A stretch of DNA of 32,000 nucleotides from positions 300,001 through 332,000 of the forward strand of contig NC_016012.1 of the NCBI RefSeq assembly GCF_000283555.1. Reading direction: 5' to 3'. Below, piece by piece: positions 1 through 9,740 of the stretch (position 1 is the first letter of the stretch; each line of letters starts with the position of its first letter). The notes under the pieces are model-generated. The model did not search any database. It was not told the origin of the DNA and worked only from the letters and a program-made list of their open reading frames with translations. The position numbers were made by a program, and so were the translations under genes. The stretch comes from Candidatus Arthromitus sp. SFB-rat-Yit. GTDB taxonomy: Bacteria > Bacillota > Clostridia > Clostridiales > Clostridiaceae.

Positions 1-156
1 TTAGAGTTAGCTAAGATGTATTCTCAAGATGAAAATAAAATTAATTCTATTAAAGAGAGTCTTTTAGCGACATATAATGATTCTTTAGAAAGAGATGTAA
101 TTATGTCAAAAACTATAGAATTTTTAGTAAATCATAATAAAAAGAAAAGTAATTAA
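1..156 (+). CDS. tig: C-terminal fragment of trigger factor (5' truncated by window)
   Basis: Frame 1 reads LELAKMYSQDENKINSIKESLLAIYNDSLERDVIMSKTIEFLVNHNKKKSN* immediately upstream of clpP-clpX, the typical tig-clpP-clpX order; the C-terminus resembles trigger factor. Confidence 0.75.
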   Translation, partial: LELAKMYSQDENKINSIKESLLATYNDSLERDVIMSKTIEFLVNHNKKKSN

Positions 157-179
157 TAGAGTGTTAAAGGAGGAGACTT

Positions 180-767
180 ATGGCATTAGTACCTATAGTT
201 GTTGAGCAAACAAGTAAGGGTGAACGTTCTTATGATATATATTCAAGGTTGTTAAAGGAACGTATAATCTTTTTAGGAGATGAGGTTAATGATGTTACAG
301 CAAGTTTAATAGTTGCTCAGTTGTTATTTCTTGAGAGTGAAGATACTGATAAAGATATACATTTATATATAAATAGTCCCGGAGGGTCTATAACAGCAGG
401 TATGGCTATATATGATACTATGCAGTATATAAAGCCTGATGTATCCACGATTTGTATAGGTATGGCTGCATCTATGGGTGCATTTTTATTATCTTCTGGA
501 GCAAAAGGTAAGAGATTTGCATTGCCTAATAGTGAAATAATGATACATCAACCACTAGGTGGATTTAGAGGGCAGGCAACAGATATAGATATACATGCAA
601 AGAGAATATTAAGAATGAAGAATGATTTAAACAAAATACTTAGTGAGAATACGGGAAAGCCGCTATCTCAAATAGAGTTAGATGTTGAAAGAGATTATTT
701 TTTGGGTTCTTATGAGGCTAAAGAATATGGTTTAATAGATAATGTTATAAGTAAGAAGGTTAAATAA
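180..767 (+). CDS. clpP: ATP-dependent Clp protease proteolytic subunit
   Basis: [20 protein letters not shown]-type motif ([11 protein letters not shown], catalytic Ser), MIHQPLGG (catalytic His); followed by clpX. Confidence 0.98.
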   Translation: MALVPIVVEQTSKGERSYDIYSRLLKERIIFLGDEVNDVTASLIVAQLLFLESEDTDKDIHLYINSPGGSITAGMAIYDTMQYIKPDVSTICIGMAASMGAFLLSSGAKGKRFALPNSEIMIHQPLGGFRGQATDIDIHAKRILRMKNDLNKILSENTGKPLSQIELDVERDYFLGSYEAKEYGLIDNVISKKVK

Positions 768-794
768 TATTAAATCTATTTGCGGGGTGTGGTT

Positions 795-2054
795 ATGGCG
801 AAATTGGATGAAAATAAGCAATTAAAGTGTTCTTTTTGTGGGAAAAATCAAGAGCAAGTAAAAAGGTTAATTGCTGGTCCAGGGGTTTATATATGTGATG
901 AATGTATAAATTTATGTTCGGAAATAATAACAGATGATTGTGTAGATGATCAAAAGGTAGGACTATCTAAGGTACCTAAACCTAAAGAGATAAAGGATTA
1001 TTTAGATCAATATATTATAGGTCAAGATAGAGCTAAAAGATCTGTGTCGGTTGCTATATATAACCATTATAAGAGAATCAATTCACTTATAAAAGATGAT
1101 AGTGTCGAGATACAGAAAAGTAATATATTGTTATTAGGACCAACGGGATCAGGTAAAACTTTAATAGCACAGACTTTAGCGAGATTTTTGAATGTACCAT
1201 TTGCTATAGCTGATGCTACTACTTTAACTGAGGCTGGTTATGTTGGAGAAGATGTAGAGAATATATTACTAAAATTAATACAAAATGCTGATTATGATGT
1301 GGAGCGAGCTGAAAAAGGAATAATATACATAGATGAGATAGATAAAATTGCTAGAAAATCTGAAAATCCTTCCATAACTAGAGATGTATCTGGTGAAGGT
1401 GTACAACAAGCATTACTCAAGATATTGGAAGGTACTGTAGCATCTGTTCCACCTCAAGGTGGTAGGAAACATCCTCATCAAGAATTTATACAAATAAATA
1501 CTTCTAATATATTATTTATTTGTGGTGGCGCTTTTGATGGGATGGAAAAAATTATAGAGCAAAGAATTAGCGTTAGGGGCATGGGATTTGGCGCAGATAT
1601 ACCCTCTAAAGAAAATAAAGAATTAGACAAGATATTTGGTAATATATTGCCAGAAGATTTATTGAAATTTGGTCTTATACCTGAGTTTATAGGTCGTTTA
1701 CCTATACTTGTTTCATTAAATGCATTGACTGTAGAAGCGTTAGTTAGGATACTAAAGGAACCTAAGAATGCTATAGTTAAACAGTATAAGAAGTTATTTG
1801 AATATGATAATGTTGAATTAGAGTTTGAAGAACAAGCACTTGAATCTATATCAAAAAAAGCTATTAGTAGAAATACTGGAGCAAGAGGTCTTAGAACTAT
1901 AGTTGAAGACTTGTTAATTGATGTTATGTATAATATACCTTCAGATAAAAACATAGATAAAGTTGTAGTAACTGAAAAGAGTATAGATGATAAAAAAATA
2001 GAAATTGTATATAAGAAAAATGAAAAAGGTAGTGACGATATAGAGAGTGCTTAA
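795..2054 (+). CDS. clpX: ATP-dependent Clp protease ATP-binding subunit ClpX
   Basis: Zinc finger CSFCGKNQ...CDECINLC, Walker A GPTGSGKT, Walker [10 protein letters not shown]. Start taken at MAKLDE (795) rather than the track start at 780. Confidence 0.98.
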   Translation: MAKLDENKQLKCSFCGKNQEQVKRLIAGPGVYICDECINLCSEIITDDCVDDQKVGLSKVPKPKEIKDYLDQYIIGQDRAKRSVSVAIYNHYKRINSLIKDDSVEIQKSNILLLGPTGSGKTLIAQTLARFLNVPFAIADATTLTEAGYVGEDVENILLKLIQNADYDVERAEKGIIYIDEIDKIARKSENPSITRDVSGEGVQQALLKILEGTVASVPPQGGRKHPHQEFIQINTSNILFICGGAFDGMEKIIEQRISVRGMGFGADIPSKENKELDKIFGNILPEDLLKFGLIPEFIGRLPILVSLNALTVEALVRILKEPKNAIVKQYKKLFEYDNVELEFEEQALESISKKAISRNTGARGLRTIVEDLLIDVMYNIPSDKNIDKVVVTEKSIDDKKIEIVYKKNEKGSDDIESA

Positions 2055-2076
2055 TGAATAAAGATGTTAAGTAGGA

Positions 2077-2649
2077 ATGAATATGTTCATATATGATAGT
2101 AAATTTATAAAATCGGTAGTAAAAAGTGAAGATTTTCCTAATGATGGATTGAAGGAAATAGCTATTGTAGGTAGATCTAATGTTGGTAAATCTAGTTTAA
2201 TAAATTCGATGTTACAACGTAAAAGGCTAGCTAAAGTAAGCTCTACTCCTGGGAAAACTAGGACTTTGAATTTCTTTTTGATAAATAATTTATTTTATTT
2301 AGTAGATTTACCTGGATATGGGTATGCTAAGCTCTCTAAGAGTGAAAGAAATTCATGGAAGTATATGGTAGAGTCGTATTTTGATAATAGAGCATGTATA
2401 GATAAAGTTATACTTTTAATAGATTCAAGACACGCCCCATTTGAAAGTGATATAGTAATGTACGATTGGATTAATAGTTTAAAGTATAAATTAGATATTA
2501 TAGCTACTAAATCTGATAAATTGAGCTATTCTCAGATTAAGAAAAATGAACAGGTATTTAAGAAACAATTTAGTAGATCTAATATATTATTTTATTCCTC
2601 TTTAAAAAATTATAATAGAAATGAATTACTCAACTTTGTATTTTCATAA
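2077..2649 (+). CDS. engB: Ribosome biogenesis GTP-binding protein YsxC/EngB
   Basis: GRSNVGKSSLIN (G1), DLPGYGYAKLSKSER (G3), ATKSDKLS (G4 variant); location downstream of clpX. Confidence 0.95.
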   Translation: MNMFIYDSKFIKSVVKSEDFPNDGLKEIAIVGRSNVGKSSLINSMLQRKRLAKVSSTPGKTRTLNFFLINNLFYLVDLPGYGYAKLSKSERNSWKYMVESYFDNRACIDKVILLIDSRHAPFESDIVMYDWINSLKYKLDIIATKSDKLSYSQIKKNEQVFKKQFSRSNILFYSSLKNYNRNELLNFVFS

Positions 2650-2652
2650 ATT

Positions 2653-2686
2653 AAAAAGTATATTATTTTTAATAATATACTTTTTT
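2653..2686 (+). terminator. Rho-independent terminator after engB
   Basis: Perfect 15-bp inverted repeat AAAAAGTATATTATT (2653-2667) / AATAATATACTTTTT (2671-2685) ending in a T-run. Confidence 0.75.
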
Positions 2687-2751
2687 GTTGTAGCATATTT
2701 TATTTTTATACATAAAATTATTATATAAATTTTAATAATAGGAGATTAGCG

Positions 2752-3249
2752 ATGGATTTTATGAATTTTATGAATCAAGCTAGTAATTGTGAGATAGGGC
2801 ATAGGAATCATGCTAATGATAATTGTGGATGTTATTCATCTAATAATTTTAATAATAATGGATTCAATTATTTATTGCCACTATTTTTTCTATCTGGATT
2901 AGGACAAACAGGTTATAACTCAAATAATATGGTTTGTTATCCAAATCAACCACAACAATATGTAACTCCTACCTATTCTAATAATAATTTGAAGTATAGA
3001 ACTAAAAAAGTAAGGCAAGCATATATGGAAGTTCCAGTATCAACTTATCAGGTAGCTCAACCATATTGTCAACAACAATTATCAGTAAATCCAGGTATGT
3101 TTTGTTTAAATGGAAATAGATCTCAATGTGATTTATTTAGTATGTTGTTATTTTTAATTTTTATTAGTAAATTTAGTAATAAATGTGGGAATGTATGTAA
3201 TGTACAATCCAATACTAGATCATGTGGAAGCTGTTCATCTGAAATATAG
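2752..3249 (+). CDS. Asn/Cys-rich hypothetical protein with two short hydrophobic segments (possible spore coat/exosporium-type protein)
   Basis: 165-aa ORF with RBS (taggagatta); NNFNNNGFNYLLPLFFLSG and LFSMLLFLIFISKF segments; Cys-rich N- and C-termini. Confidence 0.7.
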   Translation: MDFMNFMNQASNCEIGHRNHANDNCGCYSSNNFNNNGFNYLLPLFFLSGLGQTGYNSNNMVCYPNQPQQYVTPTYSNNNLKYRTKKVRQAYMEVPVSTYQVAQPYCQQQLSVNPGMFCLNGNRSQCDLFSMLLFLIFISKFSNKCGNVCNVQSNTRSCGSCSSEI

Positions 3250-3347
3250 TAAATAGTAGTTTTAAAATATATATTCAATTTTTATGGATTGGAATATTAG
3301 GAGGGTTATTTATTACCCTCCTAAATATATATATGGAGGTAGCTATT

Positions 3348-3761
3348 ATGTCAAAACGTAAAAAGTATAATAATAAAATTGAATATGAAAATGGATGTTA
3401 TGATAATAGGTTTATAGATAATAATTTTAATTCATATCTTTATAATAGAGGATTTCAAACAAATAATTTTAATGATATGTATAAAAATTTAAATAATATG
3501 ATAGGCGTACTTAATAATATGGATATTGATAATTTGAATAATATTTTTTCGTTAATATCTAATGGATTTGATATTAATAATAATGTTAATATTCCAAATA
3601 ACAAAGAAAATATATTTGATGAAATTAATAATAAAACTGAGATTGTAATTAATTTTTTAAATTCCTTAAAGCCTTTATTAGGAATTGAATTCACGCATAT
3701 AATAAATAAATTCATAGATTTTTATATGGAAGAGGTAAATTCAGAAAAAGGTTATATGTAA
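3348..3761 (+). CDS. Asn-rich hypothetical protein
   Basis: ORF with RBS (ggaggtagct) upstream of the MSKRKKYNNK start at 3348; Asn/Tyr-rich first half, helical C-terminus. Confidence 0.65.
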   Translation: MSKRKKYNNKIEYENGCYDNRFIDNNFNSYLYNRGFQTNNFNDMYKNLNNMIGVLNNMDIDNLNNIFSLISNGFDINNNVNIPNNKENIFDEINNKTEIVINFLNSLKPLLGIEFTHIINKFIDFYMEEVNSEKGYM

Positions 3762-3848
3762 ATTATTTTAAGATATGTATAATTTTATTGAAAAAATGAA
3801 ATAATATGAGTGTGAATGGAGATAATAATTTCTCCACTAATCCCCCTT

Positions 3849-3887
3849 AATAGGATCATCTATTTATTAATAGAAGGTCCTATTTTT
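3849..3887 (+). terminator. Terminator-like hairpin with T-run
   Basis: AATAGGA (3849-3855) ... TCCTATT (3878-3884) with inner CTATT/AATAG pairing, followed by TTTTTTT. Confidence 0.6.
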
Positions 3888-4100
3888 TTATTTTAATATT
3901 CTAAAAATTGTTTATTAGTATTTTTTTATGATATTATATTAATAAATGAATTTTATTGTAGATATCGTAAATAATTTTATTATATGTTAAAATTGCATTA
4001 CATAAATTTTAATGATGTAATTTAGATTTAATTAATTAAAAGATTTTTATGATTACTATTTAGTTGAGAAATTATATAATATATTTGGGGGAATATACGT

Positions 4101-4265
4101 ATGGAATGTTACTTTTTATCAACTTCAGTTGAAATTGTAGAATGTTTTAAAGAATGTGTATATTATAATGGGAGTAAAGAAAATCCAACTGAAGATTGTC
4201 CTTTTGCACAAGTATTTAATGGGAAGAGCTATAAAAATTCAGATCAGCAAGTTATAAATAATTAA
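4101..4265 (+). CDS. Small Cys-containing hypothetical protein (54 aa), not in the supplied ORF track
   Basis: ATG to TAA ORF MECYFLSTSVEIVECFKECVYYNGSKENPTEDCPFAQVFNGKSYKNSDQQVINN; upstream GGGGGA RBS; followed 18 nt later by a strong terminator hairpin. Confidence 0.75.
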   Translation: MECYFLSTSVEIVECFKECVYYNGSKENPTEDCPFAQVFNGKSYKNSDQQVINN

Positions 4266-4283
4266 ATAATTTGTTTACATAGT

Positions 4284-4316
4284 ATCTAAGTATTTTTAAA
4301 ATACTTAGATTTTTTA
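4284..4316 (+). terminator. Rho-independent terminator after the 54-aa ORF
   Basis: ATCTAAGTATTTT (4284-4296) / AAAATACTTAGAT (4298-4310), perfect 13-nt arms, followed by a T-run. Confidence 0.75.
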
Positions 4317-4376
4317 TGGATAAAATCAGTTTAGTATTGTAATATTTATTTATAAATTTATTTTGGAGTTGGTTTT

Positions 4377-5561
4377 TTGTTTAATGGTATAGATTTTTTA
4401 GAAGATGCGAGAAAATTGAGAGATGAAATTATAAATCACAGGAGGCATTTTCATAAATATCCTGAAACTGGATTTGAGGAGTTTGAAACTTGTAAGACTA
4501 TAACAAATTATTTAAATAGTTTGGGAATTGAAAATAAAATTGTATCAGGAACAGGGATTGTAGCTATTATTAGGGGGAAAAGTGAAGGAAAAACAATTGC
4601 ACTTAGATCTGACTTGGATGCACTTCCTTTAGATGATTTTAAAAATGTTGAATATTCTTCGAAGATTTCTGGTAAAATGCATGCTTGTGGACATGATGCA
4701 CATATATCGATTTTAATGAGCGTAGCTAAAGTGCTTCTTAAGTATAGAGATAAATTTAATGGTAATGTAAAATTAATTTTTGAGCCAGCTGAAGAAACTA
4801 TAGGTGGAGCTAAATTTATGATTAAAGATGGTGTTTTGGAAGATCCTAAAGTTGATGCTATAGTTGGGTTACATGTTTCAGAGCTTATAGATTCAGGTCA
4901 CATTGGAATGAAATATGGAGTTGTTAATGCTGCCTCTAATCCTTTTAAAATAATTATTAAAGGTAGAGGGGGACATGGGGCACATCCAGAAGATTGTATT
5001 GATCCTGTAGTTGTTGGATGTAATCTTGTAATGTTGCTTCAGACTATTGTAAGTAGGGAAATTAGCCCACATAATCCATCTGTTTTGACTGTAGGTAAAA
5101 TTAGTGGTGGAACAGCACCTAATATTATTCCAGAGAAGGTTGAACTTGAAGGTGTTATTAGGACCTTAAGCAAAGAAGATAGAGAAATGTCAATTAAGAG
5201 ATTAAAAGAGATATGTAATGGTATTGCTACATCTATGAGAGTTGATATTGATGTTGAAGTAACTGACGGATATCCATGTTTATATAATGATGATAAAATG
5301 GTATTCTTAGGAGAAAAAGTATTTAAGAAGGTAATAGGTAGCGAGAATGTAACTATGGATATAAATCCTTCTATGGGTGTTGAAAGTTTTGCATATTTTT
5401 CTCAAGAGATTCCATCACTTTTTTATTTTTTAGGTACGAGAAATGTATCAAGAGGTATTGTTCATCCAGCTCATGGAGGTTTATTTGATGTAGATGAAGA
5501 AGGGCTTGTGATTGGGGTTGCACTTCAGAGTGCAATAGCATTTAGTTATTTAAATAATTAA
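4377..5561 (+). CDS. M20 family amidohydrolase/metallopeptidase (HipO/AbgB-like)
   Basis: LRSDLDALPL, GKMHACGHDAHISILM, EPAEETIGGAKFMI, GRGGHGAHPEDCIDP motifs; 394 aa. Confidence 0.93.
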   Translation: MFNGIDFLEDARKLRDEIINHRRHFHKYPETGFEEFETCKTITNYLNSLGIENKIVSGTGIVAIIRGKSEGKTIALRSDLDALPLDDFKNVEYSSKISGKMHACGHDAHISILMSVAKVLLKYRDKFNGNVKLIFEPAEETIGGAKFMIKDGVLEDPKVDAIVGLHVSELIDSGHIGMKYGVVNAASNPFKIIIKGRGGHGAHPEDCIDPVVVGCNLVMLLQTIVSREISPHNPSVLTVGKISGGTAPNIIPEKVELEGVIRTLSKEDREMSIKRLKEICNGIATSMRVDIDVEVTDGYPCLYNDDKMVFLGEKVFKKVIGSENVTMDINPSMGVESFAYFSQEIPSLFYFLGTRNVSRGIVHPAHGGLFDVDEEGLVIGVALQSAIAFSYLNN

Positions 5562-5574
5562 GATTGGAGAAATA

Positions 5575-6558
5575 ATGAAACAAGAGATTAGAATTAGTTT
5601 TAATGAAAAGGACCAAAGATTAGATAGGTTTTTAAGGAAATTATTTAAAAATGTTGAGTTAAATCTGATATTTAAAGATATAAGAAATGGTAATATACGT
5701 GTTAATGGTAAAAAACAAAAAATAAATTATAGAATACAAGAAGATGATGTTTTGAGTATATTTGGTTATTATTATGATTTGAATAATAATAAAAGTATAG
5801 ATGCAGAGGAGTATATTGGATATAATAAACCCAAAATATGTTATGAAGATTCAAATATTTTAGTTGCAATAAAAGATGTTGATACATTAGTTCATTCAGA
5901 TGGGAAAAATGAAAAAGATTTAACTAGAGATGTTAATATATATTTATCAAATAAAGGAAATACAAATTTAGATGATAATTTAACTTTTAATATATCCCCA
6001 GTAAATAGATTAGATAGAAATACTTATGGACTGGTTATATTTGGAAAAAATAGAGTAGCTGCAAGGGAACTTTGTGAACTTATTAAATTTAGAAAAATTT
6101 CTAAGTATTATAAAGTACTTGTTGAAGGTAAGATAAAAGATGGTATATATACTGCATATATAAAAAAAGATAGTAAATTAAATAAATCAATAGTATACGG
6201 TTACAAAGTCCAGGATTCCAAAGAAATAAAAATGGAACTTAAGATGATTGATACAAATGGTGTAATTAGTTTGTTAGATATAAAATTAATAACTGGAAGG
6301 AGTCATCAAATAAGAAGTCACCTTAAGTTTTTAAATAATCCAGTAATTGGAGATTTAAAATATGGAAATAAGGAGTTAAAAAATTATTTTTTTAATAAAT
6401 ATGGTGTACAAAACCAGTTATTATTTGCATATAAATTGCATTTTAATGGAATAAATGAAAATATGATGTTAAATTATTTAAATAATAAATTAATATTATG
6501 TTCATTAACATCACAGTTTAAAAGGATTGTAAGACAAGAATTTAAAATAATTTTTTAG
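5575..6558 (+). CDS. RluA family pseudouridine synthase with N-terminal S4-like domain
   Basis: S4-like N-terminus (QRLDRFLRKLF...IFKDIRNGNIRVNGKK); catalytic motif NRLDRNTYGLVIFGK; TGRSHQIRSHLKFLNNPVIGDLKYG. Confidence 0.93.
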   Translation: MKQEIRISFNEKDQRLDRFLRKLFKNVELNLIFKDIRNGNIRVNGKKQKINYRIQEDDVLSIFGYYYDLNNNKSIDAEEYIGYNKPKICYEDSNILVAIKDVDTLVHSDGKNEKDLTRDVNIYLSNKGNTNLDDNLTFNISPVNRLDRNTYGLVIFGKNRVAARELCELIKFRKISKYYKVLVEGKIKDGIYTAYIKKDSKLNKSIVYGYKVQDSKEIKMELKMIDTNGVISLLDIKLITGRSHQIRSHLKFLNNPVIGDLKYGNKELKNYFFNKYGVQNQLLFAYKLHFNGINENMMLNYLNNKLILCSLTSQFKRIVRQEFKIIF

Positions 6559-6571
6559 AGGGATATCATAG

Positions 6572-8206
6572 ATGGAAGAACAATCTACAGGTAAGAGCTT
6601 TATATCTTTATCTTTTGCAAGTATTCTTGTAAAAATTTTATCTCTTTTATATGTTCCGATAATTATAAGGATACTTGGAGATGAAGGATATGGTATTTAT
6701 TTAGCTTCTTATGATATATTTAGTTTAATATATGTTATAACAAATTCTGGAATGCAAATTGCTATAGCTAAGCAAATTGCAGAGTTTGTTGCAATTAATG
6801 AATCACAAAACGTTTTAAAAACTTTTCATATTGGAAAGAGAATTTTGTTTATTATAGGTCTTATAGGATCTATAGGTTTATTTTTAATTGCTAGACCTGT
6901 TGCATTATTGATTGGGAGTCATAGGGCGTATTTGGGAATTTTATTTTTATCACCAACTATATTTTTTACATCTATACTAGCTGCATATAGGGGATTGTTT
7001 CAAGGTATATCAAATATGGTTCCTATAGCTTTATCACAAGTAATTGAACAAGTGTGTAATATTTTAATAAGTATATTTTGTTCATTTATGTTAGTTAGTA
7101 ATAGTTTGGAATTAGGGGCTGCTGGTGGAACAGTCGGTACAACAGTTGGTGCAATTATATCAATTATATTTTTATATTTAATTATGAGGAAACAAAGAAT
7201 ATTAGATAGTATGAGTGTATCGGTGCCTTATTTAAATTGTGAACTTGAAAGAAGAGATAGGAATTCCACAAAAAGCATAATATTTACGTTTCTTAAGTAT
7301 GGTATACCTGTAATGTTAACTTCCGGAATACAATATGTAGGTGCTGTAATAGATTTGGCTCTTGTTAAAAATAGGCTTATATTTTCTGGGTTTAATAATT
7401 CAACTAGTGATATTTTGTATGGGTTACTTGGGAAATATAAAACACTTATATATGTACCACTTGCTATTATTGCAGCTTTGTCTGCGGCTGTTATACCAAG
7501 TTTAGTTAGATCTGTTGTACTCAATGATAAAAATAATTTATTTAAGAAAATAAGATTTGCATTGAAGATAAGTTTATTAATATCGATACCATCATGTGTT
7601 GCGTTAGCTATTCTTAGTAAGTATATATATCTTATTTTATTTTCAAAAGATTATAGTAGTGGATATACATTGATGTTATATGGATCAAGCCTTGTAATAT
7701 TTATGTCTATCGTGCAGATTCAAACTACTATACTTCAAGGATTAAATAAATTTTATTCTATATTTACAACTTTATTTATTGGAGTATTGCTAAAATTGGT
7801 AAGTAACTATATATTGGTCGGTATACCAAGTATAAATATAAATGGAGCTGTTATTGGAAGTATCATTGGATTTTTAGTACCAATGATTATAAATAGTATT
7901 CTAATTAAAAAATATATAGGGTTTAGTAGTAGAAATTTTTTGAATAGTATAAAACCATTCATATCATCTATTATAATGGGAATTTTTATAATAGTATTTT
8001 ATGAATTAAATTCATTGATATTTATGAATAGTGATTCTATTGTGATTAAATACTTAATTTTTGGCTTAGTAGTAGTATTAGGATTTATAGTTTATTTTGT
8101 ATCTATAGTTTTTCTAAAATATTTCAAAAAAGAGGATTTAGAATTCATACCACCATCTATATTAAAAATTATTCCTCAAAAAATAATGAGTAAATTCTTA
8201 AGTTAG
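6572..8206 (+). CDS. SpoVB/MurJ-type polysaccharide biosynthesis (MOP superfamily) flippase
   Basis: 544-aa polytopic membrane protein; N-terminus SFASILVKILSLLYVPIIIRILGDEGYGIYLASYDIFSLIYVITNSGMQIAIAKQIAE is typical of Firmicute SpoVB/YtgP-type proteins. Confidence 0.88.
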   Translation: MEEQSTGKSFISLSFASILVKILSLLYVPIIIRILGDEGYGIYLASYDIFSLIYVITNSGMQIAIAKQIAEFVAINESQNVLKTFHIGKRILFIIGLIGSIGLFLIARPVALLIGSHRAYLGILFLSPTIFFTSILAAYRGLFQGISNMVPIALSQVIEQVCNILISIFCSFMLVSNSLELGAAGGTVGTTVGAIISIIFLYLIMRKQRILDSMSVSVPYLNCELERRDRNSTKSIIFTFLKYGIPVMLTSGIQYVGAVIDLALVKNRLIFSGFNNSTSDILYGLLGKYKTLIYVPLAIIAALSAAVIPSLVRSVVLNDKNNLFKKIRFALKISLLISIPSCVALAILSKYIYLILFSKDYSSGYTLMLYGSSLVIFMSIVQIQTTILQGLNKFYSIFTTLFIGVLLKLVSNYILVGIPSININGAVIGSIIGFLVPMIINSILIKKYIGFSSRNFLNSIKPFISSIIMGIFIIVFYELNSLIFMNSDSIVIKYLIFGLVVVLGFIVYFVSIVFLKYFKKEDLEFIPPSILKIIPQKIMSKFLS

Positions 8207-8227
8207 GAATTTACTCATTATTTTTTT
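8178..8227. terminator. Bidirectional terminator shared by two convergent flippase genes
   Basis: 20-bp perfect inverted repeat AAAAAATAATGAGTAAATTC (8178-8197) / GAATTTACTCATTATTTTTT (8207-8226); A-tract on the left and T-tract on the right. It overlaps the 3' end of both ORFs. Confidence 0.8.
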
Positions 8228-9740
8228 ATTTAACATTAAATGGACGGCGTCTTATATCACGTGCTAAAGTTACTGCGAATACACTAAATCCACAGAAAAT
8301 TATTAATATATTTTGTATAAGATCAAATTTAGGCGGTATATAAGATTTTATTAAGTATAGAACTAATATCATAAGTATGCTTAGGAGTATATAAATGATA
8401 TATTTTGATATTTCTGGTTTAATTTTAACGGTTTTTTTAATTTCTCTAATATTTAAAATTATAGATAAACATGAATCAACTATTAGTGCTATAGCATAGC
8501 TAAATATATTTATTTTTGTAAAACCAGCTAATACATATATAATTAAAATTTCTATGGTTGAGCATATTAAAGAGTTTAATAATATTTTATTTTGTTTACC
8601 AAGTCCATTTAAAATGCTATATGTAGTCATTGAAATGAAAAATGTAGGAGTTACTATACTTGCAAATCCTATATATGATCCTAAGTCAGTTCTTCTATAG
8701 AACATATATGATAATTCATCTGGGATTACAAAGCATATAACCATAGTAGCAAGTCCAAGTATAAATGATATTTTTATAACTTCACGTATTCTATTTTCGG
8801 CATATTTAATTTCGTTTTTACTTATGGATTTTGATAAATCTGGAATTAACAAGCTGGAAATAGAACTTATTATTATAAGTGGAAATAATACAATGTTTAG
8901 AGCCATACTATTGAATTTACCTATAACAGATAGTGCCTGTGTATAATTAAGACCAGATTTAATAAGTCTTCTAGGAAGTATAAGTGATGTAATGGTACTT
9001 AATGTTGTTGTAATCAATCCATTTATAGATAATGGGAATGCTATTTTAAGCATATCTTTTAATAATCTTCTCTTAGAAGTAGATACGGTTGTGCTATCCT
9101 TATGTTTATTTTTTACTTTTCTATAGTAAGAGTATAGAAAAACATAACTTAAAAATTCACCTATGCAGATTGATATATATGCGGCAGTTACAGTTGATTC
9201 TACGGTTTTTAGATTGAATGATTTGATAACTATTATTAATACCAAGATACGTATAGATTTTTCTAATATATCAATTACAGAAGGTATATTTATTTGAGAT
9301 GTACCGTAAAAATATCCTTTTAGTATGTTTGAAATGGAAATAAATAGCATAGCAGGACAAATTATCTTAATAGAAGTAATTATTCTAATGTCTTTTATTA
9401 TAAATTTAGCAATAATAGGTGCTAGAGTATATACAATTGTTGCAATTATTAAAGACCATATTAAAGTAAATATCATCGATGTTTTAATTGTTAGATTAGC
9501 CTTATTAAAGTGTTTATTATCGAAATATATTGATGTTAATCTTGATATTGATGCAAGTATACCTCCACACATTAAACATATGAAAAGATTGTATATAGGC
9601 ATAAGGAGACCATACAGCCCTAATGCTTCAGCTCCAAGTTCTTTTGATAAAATAATTGAAAATACAAATCCAAGAATACCTGTTAATATATTTGAAGAAC
9701 TTAATATAAATGATTTTTTATAGAAATTTTCTTTTTGCAA
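8226..9740 (-). CDS. spoVB: Stage V sporulation protein B-like MOP flippase
   Basis: 504-aa polytopic protein, MQKENFYKKSFILSSSNILTGILGFVFSIILSKELGAEALGLYGLLMPIYNLFICLMCGGILASISRL, characteristic of SpoVB. Confidence 0.85.
   Translation of the reverse strand: MQKENFYKKSFILSSSNILTGILGFVFSIILSKELGAEALGLYGLLMPIYNLFICLMCGGILASISRLTSIYFDNKHFNKANLTIKTSMIFTLIWSLIIATIVYTLAPIIAKFIIKDIRIITSIKIICPAMLFISISNILKGYFYGTSQINIPSVIDILEKSIRILVLIIVIKSFNLKTVESTVTAAYISICIGEFLSYVFLYSYYRKVKNKHKDSTTVSTSKRRLLKDMLKIAFPLSINGLITTTLSTITSLILPRRLIKSGLNYTQALSVIGKFNSMALNIVLFPLIIISSISSLLIPDLSKSISKNEIKYAENRIREVIKISFILGLATMVICFVIPDELSYMFYRRTDLGSYIGFASIVTPTFFISMTTYSILNGLGKQNKILLNSLICSTIEILIIYVLAGFTKINIFSYAIALIVDSCLSIILNIREIKKTVKIKPEISKYIIYILLSILMILVLYLIKSYIPPKFDLIQNILIIFCGFSVFAVTLARDIRRRPFNVK

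Noticed and set aside
1478-1954. Minus-strand ORF of 158 aa inside clpX
   Set aside because: Fully antisense to well-conserved ClpX sequence, with no RBS or recognisable family; a shadow ORF.
2711-2718. SigE/SigK-type promoter upstream of the 165-aa gene
   Set aside because: Only a weak -10-like box and incorrect -35 spacing; in such AT-rich DNA this is expected by chance, so not listed as a feature.
5575-6558. Inactive pseudouridine synthase because the segment before the catalytic motif is unusual (IKDVDTLVHSD)
   Set aside because: The catalytic RLDR motif Asp and the TGRSHQIRSHL motif are intact, so there is no strong case for inactivity.
9325-9723. Plus-strand 132-aa ORF antisense to spoVB
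   Set aside because: Antisense to a clearly coding SpoVB-type gene; hydrophobic shadow translation only.
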